Source: Planctomycetota bacterium (lineage in GTDB: Bacteria > Planctomycetota > PLA2 > JAEUHO01). From it: a DNA stretch of 64,000 nt. A program made the translations under genes and the position numbers. The notes under the pieces were generated by a model, which saw nothing but the letters and a program-made list of their open reading frames with translations, had not been told where the DNA came from and searched no databases. The DNA lies in NCBI GenBank assembly GCA_965223505.1, contig CBDCWP010000038.1, positions 1-64,000 on the forward strand. Direction: 5' to 3'. Numbering within the stretch: the stretch's first letter is position 1; each line of letters begins with the position of its first letter. Below are positions 21,401-29,996 of this stretch, in pieces.

Positions 21401-22335
21401 GCAACCAGGACGTCGAGGAGCGACTGAGGGAGCTGCAGGATCAGCAGGCGGCGATTCGCGAGCAGATGAAGGAGCTACAGGACCTCGTCGACGAGACCGA
21501 GTCGCCCGAGGCGAGCCAGAGCGCGCAGGGTGCGAAGGAGTCGATGCAGGAGGCCGAGCAGCAGATGCAGGGCGGCTCCCCGCCCAAGGCCAAGGAAAAC
21601 GCCGAGGATGCGCGCGACTACCTGGAGCAGCTCGAGGACCAGCTCGACGAAGAGCGGCGCCGCTACGAGTCGCTGCAGCAGGAGGAGCTGCTGTATCAGC
21701 TCGTCCGCGACCTGAAGGAGTACCGCGAGCGCGAGATCGAGATCCGCAAGACGACGATCGAGCTGACGGAAGCTTCGAAAGCGGGTCGTCTCAGCCGCGT
21801 CGAGAAGACGAAGAGCCGCAGGCTCGCGAACGAGCAGTCCGAGCTCAAGGCACTGATCGACGAGCGGCTCGCGGCCATCAAGGAAGAGGGTTCGACCGCG
21901 TTCGCTCTCGTGCTCGAGGAGGTCAGCCTCGACATGCACGAGGTGGCGAACATGCTTCGTACCGTCGATCTGGGTCCCCTCGTCGTGGGGCTCGAAGGGG
22001 AGATCATCCACCGCTTCGACAGCCTCATCGGCGGATTCGAGGACGAGATCGAACGCCGCCAGGAAGAGGAACAGGACGGCGGCGGTGGCGATCAGCAGCA
22101 GGGCGGCCAAGGCAAGCCGCCGCTCGTGCCGCCGATCGTGGAGATCAAGCTCTTGAAGCGAATGCAGGACGACCTGAACCTCAAGGCCAAGTCGTTCCTG
22201 GATCGCCATCCCAACATTCGCGAAGGCGACGACATCACCGACGCGCAACGGCGTCAGCTCGAGCGACTCTCCCACCAGCAGGGTCGGTTGAAGAAGGTGC
22301 TGGACGACATCATGAAGGCCGTGTTCGGCGGATAG
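18496..22335 (+). CDS. Large exported coiled-coil protein with low-complexity repeats
   Basis: Signal peptide, A/E/Q-rich heptads, SDGSK and SEGSEGST repeats, C-terminal PLVPPIVEIKLLKRMQ. Alternative start at 18478. Confidence 0.75.
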   Translation: MSQNPSPTSDSPFGKANLRWIVRGLTLMLVMGVLLHAGAPSARADDDLEQDRAKRNAAKQEEIKSKVTELRSDMENLAEELKRGNQDYEEQLVRGALKHLDAADLSKSIEAVVSALKQARPQNERALDASTQVLDTLQQLLDILEDRNREFSKKEIEDRIEKAKRAQEEARRLKEDEQKIVDELNKLEEMDKSKAARDAEQIKAEIDELRKDQADVQERMTPEKLDELNRRKAAIENLLERQKDALDRTNAAKEARDKQGASEAREAADRAAKEARDLAARERKAQMESTRAELMDKSARMARILEQSAARHRDGARARENAEDAKAAAEAAKAAAEAAKAAGEGSTDEALAKKLAQEAAAAAQALAEKMRADREQAYGDSKESKSDGSKSDDGSESGGTESDGSKSDGSKSDGSTSDGSKSDGSKSNGSKSDGSKSDGSSSGTPSSSHPQARDLEKALEQMAAAAKKLANASGAEAKAAGDALQKAASAAAEAANAANASRSSDADKASAIASESEQLADTLETAAKSGALSSGNAAKPETAASKAAEEAAKALRDAADAIRAAREKEAAGDSGAAGDRSEQARASLGEAAEALERAAGGSQSEGSPSSESRPSGAEGGESASERAAAEGERAKEANALAEAINALGEELAKAASDPSGAGSPEGAPSAEEAKQAAKEAAAAAAAMAEAREAIAGGESGRAGAAQAEAADRLERAADQLSGGGTNTGGELADGQADIRSGAEQLAGEMGAEGSASEGSEGSTSEGSEGSTSEGSEGSTSEGSEGSTSEGSEGSTSEGSEGSTSEGSEGSKSEGSQAEAGQKMQEATSAMKNAEEALDQGDLEAGAEAQKEAVEALDEARAALDEDIRNLLEEQGRTQEEIEKAQRELAERAEELKNATDELDPSTPEGQDAAAAAAQAMKEAQQAMQKAGQQASQGDQAGAQQSQQQAQQAMQQAQEQLGKLGEESAGNQDVEERLRELQDQQAAIREQMKELQDLVDETESPEASQSAQGAKESMQEAEQQMQGGSPPKAKENAEDARDYLEQLEDQLDEERRRYESLQQEELLYQLVRDLKEYREREIEIRKTTIELTEASKAGRLSRVEKTKSRRLANEQSELKALIDERLAAIKEEGSTAFALVLEEVSLDMHEVANMLRTVDLGPLVVGLEGEIIHRFDSLIGGFEDEIERRQEEEQDGGGGDQQQGGQGKPPLVPPIVEIKLLKRMQDDLNLKAKSFLDRHPNIREGDDITDAQRRQLERLSHQQGRLKKVLDDIMKAVFGG
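19651..19815 (+). repeat. Intragenic 15-nt tandem repeat (SDGSK)n
   Basis: About 9-10 degenerate SDGS[KT] units. Confidence 0.85.
20748..20940 (+). repeat. Intragenic 24-nt tandem repeat (SEGSEGST)n
   Basis: About 7-8 near-identical tccgaRggctccgagggcagcacg units. Confidence 0.9.
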
Positions 22336-22343
22336 GAGATCCC

Positions 22344-23132
22344 ATGCACGACGCGAAGCCCACCCGCCGGATCCGTTCCTCGATCCTCGCATTGGCGGCC
22401 TCGGTCGCGCTGTGCGCCGTACCGGCGACGCTGAGCGCCGAGGAAGAAGGACCGGGCGCGGTCGAGAAGAAGATCAAGGAGCAGATGGAGAAGATCCTGA
22501 AGCTCATGAAGGAGAACGAGGACGCGCTGCTGAAGCTCAGCACGGGCAAGTCGGCCGACCCCAAGGGGGTGGACATCGAGCCGCCGGTGCCGCCGGAGGG
22601 GTCGCCGCCTCCGTCGTCGGGCGGCTCCGGCTCGTCCGGTTCGGGTGCGTCCGGCGGCGGCGCGGGTGGGTCCAAGGGCGACGACATCCGGCGCAAGCTC
22701 GAGGAGCTGCTGGAGCAGCAGCGCGGCAGCAGCCGGATCCCCGGCGAGCTCGAGGCGCTGGTGCGCATGATCCCGACGAAGAAGGGGCAAGGAGAGGGTC
22801 AGGGCGAGCCGCAGGACCAGAGCGGCAAGGAGCCCAACGAGGCCGAGATGCGCGACAACCGCCAAGAGGAGCAGGATCCGAAGGAGAACGGGGGGCAGGA
22901 CCCGCAGGACCCCAAGGGCCCGCGTGACCCCAACGACCCGATGTCGAATCGCAAGCCCGAGCCCGATGCGCCCGAGAATCCGCAGGATCCGAAGTCGGGT
23001 TCGTTCTGGGACACGCAGCTCCCGGCCGAGATCCGCGAGGCCGCTGCAGGTGGGAAGCTCAAGATGATTCCGGTGCAGTACCGGGATCTCGTGCGCCGCT
23101 ACCTGCTCTGGCTCCAGAAGAACGCCAAGTAA
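22344..23132 (+). CDS. Secreted hypothetical protein, paralogue of the downstream gene (no Sec/Cys at the equivalent site)
   Basis: SD GGAG, signal peptide, QMEKILKLMKENEDAL, LVRMIPTKKG, C-terminal YLLWLQKNAK. Confidence 0.85.
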   Translation: MHDAKPTRRIRSSILALAASVALCAVPATLSAEEEGPGAVEKKIKEQMEKILKLMKENEDALLKLSTGKSADPKGVDIEPPVPPEGSPPPSSGGSGSSGSGASGGGAGGSKGDDIRRKLEELLEQQRGSSRIPGELEALVRMIPTKKGQGEGQGEPQDQSGKEPNEAEMRDNRQEEQDPKENGGQDPQDPKGPRDPNDPMSNRKPEPDAPENPQDPKSGSFWDTQLPAEIREAAAGGKLKMIPVQYRDLVRRYLLWLQKNAK

Positions 23133-23231
23133 ACGCGGTCCTTGGCCCCGGAAGGGCCAGGGCCACGACGATGGACTCGCTGCGCAGGCTCTGCGGCATG
23201 CGATACTGACCGGACTGACGAGGAGACCGAC

Positions 23232-23984
23232 ATGACGCTTCGTAGCTGCTTGACCAGCCTGATCGTGCTGGCCGCCCTGATCTGCGTCGCTCCCGCGGCA
23301 TTCGCCGAGGACGAGCCCCAGGGCAACGACATCCGCGCCAAGATCAAGGCGCAGATGGAGAAGATCCTGAAGCTGATGAAGGAGAACGAAGACGCTCTCA
23401 TCCAGCTCAGTGCCGGGAGCTCGGCGACGACCCGGAAGGTCGATGTGAAGGTCGACTCGCCCGACGGCGAGTCCGGCACCAGCGCCGGCTCGAAGGAAGA
23501 TCCTTCGTCGAAGGGCGAAGCGGTCGGCAAGAAGCTCGATGAGCTGTTGAAGGCGCACGCCGGCAGCGGCTCGATTCCGCCCGAGCTCGAAGAGCTCGTG
23601 CGCATGATCCCGACCTGAGACAGCTGCGGCGGCCAGTTTGGCGCGCCCAAGGACAAGCCGAGTCAGAGCCAGGGTCAGCAGAACCAGGCCGATCCGCGCG
23701 ACGGTCGGCAGAAGGACGAGGAACTTCGCAAGCAGGGCGAGCAGAACGAGCCGAAGAGCGGCGAGAAGTCGCCGAACGACCCGGCCGAGAAGCCCTACAC
23801 CGCAAAGAAGGAAGATCCGGTCGATCCCAAGGACGCCGAAGCCGCCAAGTGGCAGGGCTGGGCCGCGCAACTTCCGCCGGAAGTGCGCGATGCGATCGAC
23901 GGCGGCAAGCTCGAGCGCATCCCGCTCAAGTACCGCGAGACGGTTCGCAAGTACCTGCTCTGGCTGCAGAAGAACGCGAAGTAG
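23232..23984 (+). CDS. Secreted protein with in-frame TGA (codon 129) in a U-D-S-C motif, candidate selenoprotein, 250 aa
   Basis: SD GAGGAG and signal peptide. The frame stays open for 121 codons after TGA 23616-23618 and ends in the same YLLWLQKNAK as the paralogue. Confidence 0.8.
23628..23647 (+). promoter_or_regulatory. Candidate bacterial SECIS hairpin
   Basis: GGCGGCCA-GUU-UGGC(G)CGCC: 8-bp stem with one bulge, loop starting with GU 17 nt after UGA. Confidence 0.6.
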
Positions 23985-24146
23985 GGTCCCCGACGCCGAC
24001 CGTATCGAAGCCGCGACCACGCTGTGACCTGCGTACAACGATCGCCCCGGTGTGACGTTTCAATTCCTCCGAGGCCGGCCCCCTCGCCGGGTCGAACGCC
24101 GGAATCCGGGCTAGGATGAGCCTGCGAACGCCCGGTGGGAGCGAAC

Positions 24147-25298
24147 ATGCACCACAACGTCCAGCGACCGACGGTCCGCCGGATCGCCGTCCTTCTGGTG
24201 ATGTCGACGCTGGTGGTCTGCCTGGGCGGCAAGATCGACCTGCGCGACGCGCAAGCGCGCGACGAGGTGCGCCGCGGCGTGCCCGAGAACCCCATGCAGA
24301 GGCGCAATCGCCGCAGGGCGATCAAGCGCGGCTGCGACTTCCTCGCTTCGAAGCAGCGCACCGACGGCGGCTGGGGTGAGAACCGGGTCGTCGTCGCGTT
24401 GACGTCCCTGACGGTGCTCGCGCTGATGTCGAACGGGTCGACGGACGGCCGCGGCCCCCACGGGAAGCAGGTGCGCAAGGGCATCGACTTCCTGCTTCGC
24501 ATCGTGGAAGGGAAGGAAAAGCGCAAGAAGCGGTGGCACGAGGGCTACTTCGACTACCCCCAGGACAACACCTCGCGGATGCACGGCCAGGGCTACGCGA
24601 CGCTCGCGCTGGCCACGGCGCTCGGCACCTCGAGCAGCGAGCGCTACAACCGCATCAAGAGTGTCCTGAAGAAGGCGGTTGCGTGCATCGAGTACGCACA
24701 GACCACCACCGGCGGCTTCGGATACAAGCCGATGCCCAGCGCGGACCACGAGGGGAGCGTGACCGTGGCGGTCGCGCAGGGCCTGCGCGCGGCACGCGAC
24801 GCGGGCATCCTGATCAACAGCCAGGTGGTCCGAAAGGGGCTCCATTACTTGAAGCGCAGCCAGAAGCGAGACGGCTCGTTCAAGTACAGCACGCATCAAG
24901 ACCAATCGACGTACGCCCTGACGGCGGCGGCGTTGTCGTCTTTCTATCTCTACGGCGAGTACTCCGAGAAGGAGGTCATCGCCAAGGGCATCAGCTACAT
25001 GAAGACGCGGCTGCGCAGCCGCGGCCCGGATCTGAATTGGTACTACTACGGGCATTTCTATGCGGCGTGGACCGCGTGGCAGCACGACGGGCACACGTGG
25101 GAGAAGCGCGGGACCGAGAACTTCTGGGCCTTTTGGCAGGACGTGGTCTACACCGATCTCCTCGAGCAGAAGCAGCGGGAGGACGGTTCGTTCTATCAGG
25201 ACAACGGCCGTTACAACTTCGGCCCGGTTCTGAGCACGGCGTTCGCGGTGTTGACGTTGGCCATCCCGGACGAGGTCGTGCCGATCTTCCAGCGGTAG
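24147..25298 (+). CDS. Prenyltransferase/squalene oxidase repeat protein (second paralogue)
   Basis: QRTDGGW, MHGQGYATLALA, QTTTGGFGY, QKRDGSF, YYYGHFYAA, C-terminal VPIFQR. Confidence 0.85.
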   Translation: MHHNVQRPTVRRIAVLLVMSTLVVCLGGKIDLRDAQARDEVRRGVPENPMQRRNRRRAIKRGCDFLASKQRTDGGWGENRVVVALTSLTVLALMSNGSTDGRGPHGKQVRKGIDFLLRIVEGKEKRKKRWHEGYFDYPQDNTSRMHGQGYATLALATALGTSSSERYNRIKSVLKKAVACIEYAQTTTGGFGYKPMPSADHEGSVTVAVAQGLRAARDAGILINSQVVRKGLHYLKRSQKRDGSFKYSTHQDQSTYALTAAALSSFYLYGEYSEKEVIAKGISYMKTRLRSRGPDLNWYYYGHFYAAWTAWQHDGHTWEKRGTENFWAFWQDVVYTDLLEQKQREDGSFYQDNGRYNFGPVLSTAFAVLTLAIPDEVVPIFQR

Positions 25299-25299
25299 C

Positions 25300-25353
25300 G
25301 TAGGGGCAGCCCTTGTGGCTGCCGAATTGGGCGACCACGAGGGTCGCCCCTAC
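25300..25353. repeat. GTAG-family REP doublet (REPIN-like)
   Basis: GTAGGGGCAGCCCTTGTGGCTGCC-gaatt-GGGCGACCACGAGGGTCGCCCCTAC. Near-identical copy at 34351-34404. Confidence 0.85.
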
Positions 25354-25495
25354 TTCCGGAGCATGCGGGCCGGTCGGCCAACTGCCGAACCCCGCACCCG
25401 CATCCGCTCCCCCTCCCGCATCACACGTAACGAATCCGAAGGCAACCTGGGCGACCACTAGGTCTCGTGCACGTTCACGTCCACGCGACGCGGGT

Positions 25496-25522
25496 GTAGG
25501 GGCAGCCCTTGTGGCTGCCCAA
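25496..25522. repeat. Single GTAG REP unit (degenerate partner at ~25448-25467)
   Basis: GTAGGGGCAGCCCTTGTGGCTGCCC. Confidence 0.75.
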
Positions 25523-25552
25523 CGCGAAGCGCGACTGATGCCCCCCAAATTG

Positions 25553-25589
25553 AAAAAACGGCCCGGCGGGTCTCACTCCCACCGGGCCG
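25553..25589 (-). terminator. Intrinsic terminator of the small lipoprotein gene
   Basis: CGGCCCGGTGGG-N7-CCCGCCGGGCCG followed by T6 on the minus strand. Confidence 0.85.
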
Positions 25590-25602
25590 CTCTCTCGAAC
25601 TC

Positions 25603-25620
25603 GAGACCCGACCGGGTCTC
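25603..25620 (-). promoter_or_regulatory. Candidate SECIS hairpin with GGUC loop
   Basis: GAGACCC-GGUC-GGGUCUC perfect 7-bp stem, loop 24 nt after the second UGA, separate from the terminator. Confidence 0.55.
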
Positions 25621-25631
25621 CTAGGTGAGGT

Positions 25632-25847
25632 CTAGCCTCACCCCTTGCCGCCGCCTCACGAGCCGCCGCTCGGAGCGCCGCCTCCACCCGATGAAGGCGG
25701 AGGAGCGGCGGTGCCGCCACCCGTGCTCGGGGGCGGAGCGGCGCCGGCGCCGCTACCACCCGAACCGGAGCTCGAACGGTTGCCGGTGCAGGCCGCGATG
25801 GATACGACAAGCAAGAGAAGTCCCAACACCGTCAGGGTGCGTCGCAT
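25632..25847 (-). CDS. Small Gly/Ser/Pro-rich lipoprotein: 63 aa if the first TGA (25656-25658) is a stop, 71 aa ending SUGGGKGUG if both TGAs are recoded
   Basis: SD GGAGG 9 nt upstream. MRRTLTVLGLLLLVVSIAA-C lipobox. Own terminator. TGA GGC GGC GGC AAG GGG TGA GGC TAG. Confidence 0.75.
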
Positions 25848-25954
25848 GGGGTTTCGCCTCCGAATGTGGGTTTCCGAGCGCGCATGGTCGCAACACCCGA
25901 CGACACACGCAATCGGAAATCCCGAATACTTGTACAAACATGTATCTACGGGCC

Positions 25955-26200
25955 CTAGGGCTCGCCGGCGCCCTCGTCGCGCTGCGTCGCGTCGCGCTCC
26001 GCGAGCACTCGCAGCGCCTTCTCCGCTTGGCTGTCGTCGACGACGGACATCGTCGGCACGGTGGAGAGGTCGATCGCCGTCTCGCCGAGGGCGCCCACGA
26101 ATCCCTCGTTCGCGACGACGGCTTCGATGCCGTAGGAGACCAGCAGACCGAGAATCATGTGGGCCTCGAAAACGGTGGTCGAGTAGTCGACCCGCGTCAT
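25955..26200 (-). CDS. DUF2007-like small protein
   Basis: FEAHMILGLLVSYGIEAVVANE...QAEKALRVL. ATG overlaps the larE-like stop (ATGA). Confidence 0.7.
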   Translation of the reverse strand: MTRVDYSTTVFEAHMILGLLVSYGIEAVVANEGFVGALGETAIDLSTVPTMSVVDDSQAEKALRVLAERDATQRDEGAGEP

Positions 26201-27060
26201 GCGTCGGCGTCGTGCTCCGGTTCGGGACGGCCACGCAGCGTCTCGTTCAAGCTCCCGCTGCGAAAGCCGTCCATGTCGACACTGACGTAGGCGAAGCCCG
26301 CGGCGCGTACGCCTTCGATGGCTTTCTCCCGCACGCCGGGCGCAAGCAACGCGGGCAGATCCTCGAGCGGGACCTCGATCCGCGCGACGGGGTCGTGTAC
26401 GCGCACGCGGACGGTGCGAAAGCCCAGCTCTTTGAGTGCGCGCTCCGCGCGGTAGACGCGGTCGAGTCCGTCCTTCGTCACACGCGTACCGTACGGGAAC
26501 CGGCTGGACAAGCACGCCTCGGCCGGTTTGTCCCAGGTCGAGAGCCCGCGCGCCTTGGACAGGGCCCGCACCCACGGCTTCGTGACGCCGGCGTCCAGAA
26601 GCGGGGAGACGACGCCGTGCCGCTTCGCGGCCGCTACGCCGGGACGGTGGTCGCCGACGTCGTCGGCGTTGGTCCCGTCGAGCACGTGCGCCAGGCCGCG
26701 CGCATCCGCCAGTGCGCGAAACTCGCCGTACAGGTGGTCCTTGCAGTGGAAGCAGCGGTCCGGCGCGTTGCGACGAAACGCCTCGATGTCCGTCTCTCCC
26801 CCGTCGAGGGCCACGTGTTCGACGCCCGCGCAGCGGGCTTGCTCTCGCGCCGCCTCGAGCTCTTCGGGCGGCAGGCTCTCGGACCGGCTCGTGGCCGCCA
26901 AGGTCGCTCCGGGTCCCCAGGCCTCCGCGGCGAGATCCAACAGGAGGGCGCTGTCCGCACCACCGGAGAGCGCGACCACGCCACCGCCCTCATACCGGGC
27001 GAGTTCGGCGAAGACACGCGACGCGGCGTCCTGCGGGTCCTGGATGTTCTCGTCGGTCAT
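26197..27060 (-). CDS. larE: LarE-like ATP-dependent sulfur transferase (PP-loop family)
   Basis: SGGADS PP-loop, RCFHCK, DGTNADD..DHRPG, WDKPAEACLSSRFPYG, RVRVH, GFRSGSLN. Confidence 0.88.
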   Translation of the reverse strand: MTDENIQDPQDAASRVFAELARYEGGGVVALSGGADSALLLDLAAEAWGPGATLAATSRSESLPPEELEAAREQARCAGVEHVALDGGETDIEAFRRNAPDRCFHCKDHLYGEFRALADARGLAHVLDGTNADDVGDHRPGVAAAKRHGVVSPLLDAGVTKPWVRALSKARGLSTWDKPAEACLSSRFPYGTRVTKDGLDRVYRAERALKELGFRTVRVRVHDPVARIEVPLEDLPALLAPGVREKAIEGVRAAGFAYVSVDMDGFRSGSLNETLRGRPEPEHDADA

Positions 27061-27117
27061 CGAGAGAACAGACTACGCCACGCAGAGCCGCGGAGCCGCA
27101 GGGAACCGGCCCCATCG

Positions 27118-27152
27118 AAAACGGGGCGCCCTTCGTGTGAAGGGCGCCCCGC
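27118..27152 (-). terminator. Intrinsic terminator
   Basis: GCGGGGCGCCCTTC-ACAC-GAAGGGCGCCCCG followed by TTTT downstream of the 27180 gene. Confidence 0.75.
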
Positions 27153-27179
27153 GAGGCTGTCGATTCTGATCGTTCGCGA

Positions 27180-29996
27180 CTAGTTGTTCGTCGTGAAGTT
27201 GATGCAGAAGTCGTCGATGAAACCACCCGGATCGAACGGACCGATCGAGGCCGGCAGGAAGTACGTGTACCGCACCTGCAGGTACTCGTTTCCGCTGAAG
27301 GCGTTGAGGCCGTTCACGTTGGTGTAGTTCGGGGCGTTGTCGATACCGGAGTGCGAGAACGTGCCGACCACCTGCCAGGCCGTCGCACCGAGCAAGTCGG
27401 GCGTGCCGTCGGGAAGGATGTCGAACGAACGCGCCTCGACCTGGATGCAGACGCCGCCGTTGTTGGCGACCGCCGGGATGCCGGCGACGTAGTCGCTCAC
27501 GACCGGGTCTGCGTAGGTCGGGCCCGAGGGACCGTTGATGCCGGGCGCCGCAAGGAAGATGTTCGTCGTGACGACGGGCTCGAGCCCACCGCCCTGGAAC
27601 CGACCTGCGTCGAAGTTGCCGCGGTAGAAGCCGTTGCTGCCCTCAGTCGGAGTCACGGCTGCGCCGCCGAGACCGCTGATGATGCTGTCACCGTCTTCCA
27701 TGACCACACGGCCGATGGCGCCCGCGCCACCGTGGTTCTGCACGTTGCTGCTGTTCGCCTTCGGGGTGAAGCCGCCGCCGCCGCCCGCCGTCGTGATCGA
27801 CGTCGTAGCCGCAAGGACGATCTCGTTGGGCGTCAGAAGGCGGATGCCGCCACCCGAGCCACCGCCACCGCCGGCACCGCGTACGTAGACGGAGAACGAG
27901 CTGCCGTTGCCGCCCGAGCCGCCTGCCGCATCGATCGTGCCGAAGATGAAGATGTCACCCGAGGAGGTCACGTCGACGAAGCCGCCGCCCGCGCCACCGC
28001 CGCCACCCGTGGCGCGGTAGGCACTCGAGTTGTTCCAGGGACGCAGGTTGGCGAAGCCACCCGAGCCACCGCCCGAGCCCGCCTCCGGCGTCTGCAGCCT
28101 GCTACCGTTGTTGCCGACGGCCTCGTAGGTGAGACCCGCGTCGGGCAGACCGGAAGCAGTCAGCTTCAGCTCGTAGATGGTCCCCGTGTTGACGGACATG
28201 CCGGGCGTGCCGTCTTCGGCGTGCCCCGCGCCACCGCCACCGGCGGCCGTCATGTCCCAGGGGTTGTACTGGTTCGAGTTCTTGGTGCCGCAGGGGTTGC
28301 CGGCGAGACCGGCGCCGTCACCGCCCGGAGACGCCATGTTCGGGTCGTAGCCGGCCGAGCCGAAGCCCGCGTGACCGGCTTCGCCGAACTTGGGGTTCTG
28401 GTTGGCCTTCTCGGCGTTGCCGCCGTCGCCACCACCGGCGACGCCTTCGCCGCCCGCGCCACCGACGTCCGCGGCCTGGTAGGCCTGGCCGTTCTTGCCG
28501 TTGCTCTGAGGCGAGTTGCCGACGTTGTCGCCGCGCACCTTGAGCGTGCCGTTGTTCTCGATGACCACGTCGCCCTGGCTGAGAATGATCGCCGGGTTGC
28601 GGCCGATCACGCGCACCGTCGCACCACTGCGGATGCGGAACGTCGCGAACTCCCAGATGACCGCGGTCGAGCCGTCCGTCGAGTTGACGCAGATCTGAGC
28701 CGCGCCCGTATCGAGCTCCATGTCGGCGCCCGCATCGAAGTCGTCCTTGCCGTTGGCGTTCGCCTGCAGCGGGACGTTCGCGGCGCAGCCGCCGACGGCG
28801 TTCTGGTCGGCGGGCAGGGACGGATCCTCGAGGCTCGTGCCGTTGTCGCCGTCACCCGCGAAGAGCATGAAGCCCTGGGCCACGTTCGGCGCGCGCGCCG
28901 TGTCGTGATCGCCGGTGGTCTCGTCACCGAGCGCGCCCGGCTCGTTCGGGTTGTCGTCGTCATGCGTGAGGAGCTTCTTGCCGAACTGCGCCGGCGTGTT
29001 CTCGGTCGTGAACGACATCGTGAAGGGCGTCAAGGGCAGGCCCGCGAAGTCGACGACGTTGAACGTCAACCGAATGACGATCAGCGAGTTGTCCGGCCAC
29101 TGACCCGCAAGCGGTGTGATCGTGATGTCCGTCGCGCTCAACGTCTGGTTCAGCACGATCGAGGACGGGATGATCTGCGGCGTCGCCAGGGTGTTCTCGA
29201 CGTCCGCGCCCCAGGTGAAGGGGTCGTTCGGCGTCTGGTCCGAGGTGTCACTACCCGCGTAGAAGCCCGACGTGTTGTTGTTGGGCGCCGTCTGGCCGTT
29301 GCCGAGGATCGGGTCGCCGGTCGCGTACTGCTCGACGATGATGTTCTCGGCGCTGACCGAGCAAGGATCGAGGTTCTCGCTCATCGGCAGGAAGACCTGG
29401 TTCGTCGGGCCGATGGTGACGGCCTGCGCGCCGTTCGCCGGCACGACACCCGCGACGGTCACGGAAGGCGCAACGGCGACGACCTGGTCCTGGAACTTCT
29501 GCGGATCGTTGTCGAGACGCGTGTGGAACTCGTGGTTCGACGTGAAGTTCAGCTTCTGCCCCGACGTGTTCTGCACCGCGAACTCTTCGGGCCAACCGAT
29601 GACGGACACGCGGTACTGCGTATCCGGCTGGAAACCCGAGTTCGACAGGTCGCAGAGCGTGGGCAGCTGCGGCTCGAAGACCACGACGGAACCGTCACCG
29701 GCCAGGCGGAACTTGCCCGGGACCGTGAGGCCGAACGCGTCGCCCTGCCGGATCTGAATCGATGCCGGCGTGATGGTTGCAAGGTTGACCGGCTCGCTGA
29801 AGCGGAACTCCAGCGCGACGTTCAGTTGCAGGTTGTCAGTGCCGTCCTGGATGAAGCTGACCAGGACGAGTCCCTGGCCCGCTCCGCTGGGCCCGGGGCC
29901 GCCTGCCGTGCCGCCACAAGCGGGCGCCGCCAAGCCGATCCCGAGCACCGCGATGATGCAGGCCAGAATGCGAGTCATACGATTGGTGATGGCCAT
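27180..29996 (-). CDS. Large surface lipoprotein with Ig-like (Big_5-type) domains and Gly-rich region
   Basis: Signal peptide ending AAPA-CGG. FSEPV/MSENLD Ig-like motifs. Repeated [23 protein letters not shown]. Confidence 0.75.
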   Translation of the reverse strand: MAITNRMTRILACIIAVLGIGLAAPACGGTAGGPGPSGAGQGLVLVSFIQDGTDNLQLNVALEFRFSEPVNLATITPASIQIRQGDAFGLTVPGKFRLAGDGSVVVFEPQLPTLCDLSNSGFQPDTQYRVSVIGWPEEFAVQNTSGQKLNFTSNHEFHTRLDNDPQKFQDQVVAVAPSVTVAGVVPANGAQAVTIGPTNQVFLPMSENLDPCSVSAENIIVEQYATGDPILGNGQTAPNNNTSGFYAGSDTSDQTPNDPFTWGADVENTLATPQIIPSSIVLNQTLSATDITITPLAGQWPDNSLIVIRLTFNVVDFAGLPLTPFTMSFTTENTPAQFGKKLLTHDDDNPNEPGALGDETTGDHDTARAPNVAQGFMLFAGDGDNGTSLEDPSLPADQNAVGGCAANVPLQANANGKDDFDAGADMELDTGAAQICVNSTDGSTAVIWEFATFRIRSGATVRVIGRNPAIILSQGDVVIENNGTLKVRGDNVGNSPQSNGKNGQAYQAADVGGAGGEGVAGGGDGGNAEKANQNPKFGEAGHAGFGSAGYDPNMASPGGDGAGLAGNPCGTKNSNQYNPWDMTAAGGGGAGHAEDGTPGMSVNTGTIYELKLTASGLPDAGLTYEAVGNNGSRLQTPEAGSGGGSGGFANLRPWNNSSAYRATGGGGGAGGGFVDVTSSGDIFIFGTIDAAGGSGGNGSSFSVYVRGAGGGGGSGGGIRLLTPNEIVLAATTSITTAGGGGGFTPKANSSNVQNHGGAGAIGRVVMEDGDSIISGLGGAAVTPTEGSNGFYRGNFDAGRFQGGGLEPVVTTNIFLAAPGINGPSGPTYADPVVSDYVAGIPAVANNGGVCIQVEARSFDILPDGTPDLLGATAWQVVGTFSHSGIDNAPNYTNVNGLNAFSGNEYLQVRYTYFLPASIGPFDPGGFIDDFCINFTTNN

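Noticed and set aside
23619..23984. Separate downstream gene, or pseudogene of the 23232 ORF
   Set aside because: No plausible start or SD after the TGA, the downstream frame is intact and conserved with the paralogue, and the UxxC context plus hairpin favour recoding. A recent nonsense mutation or base error is not fully excluded.
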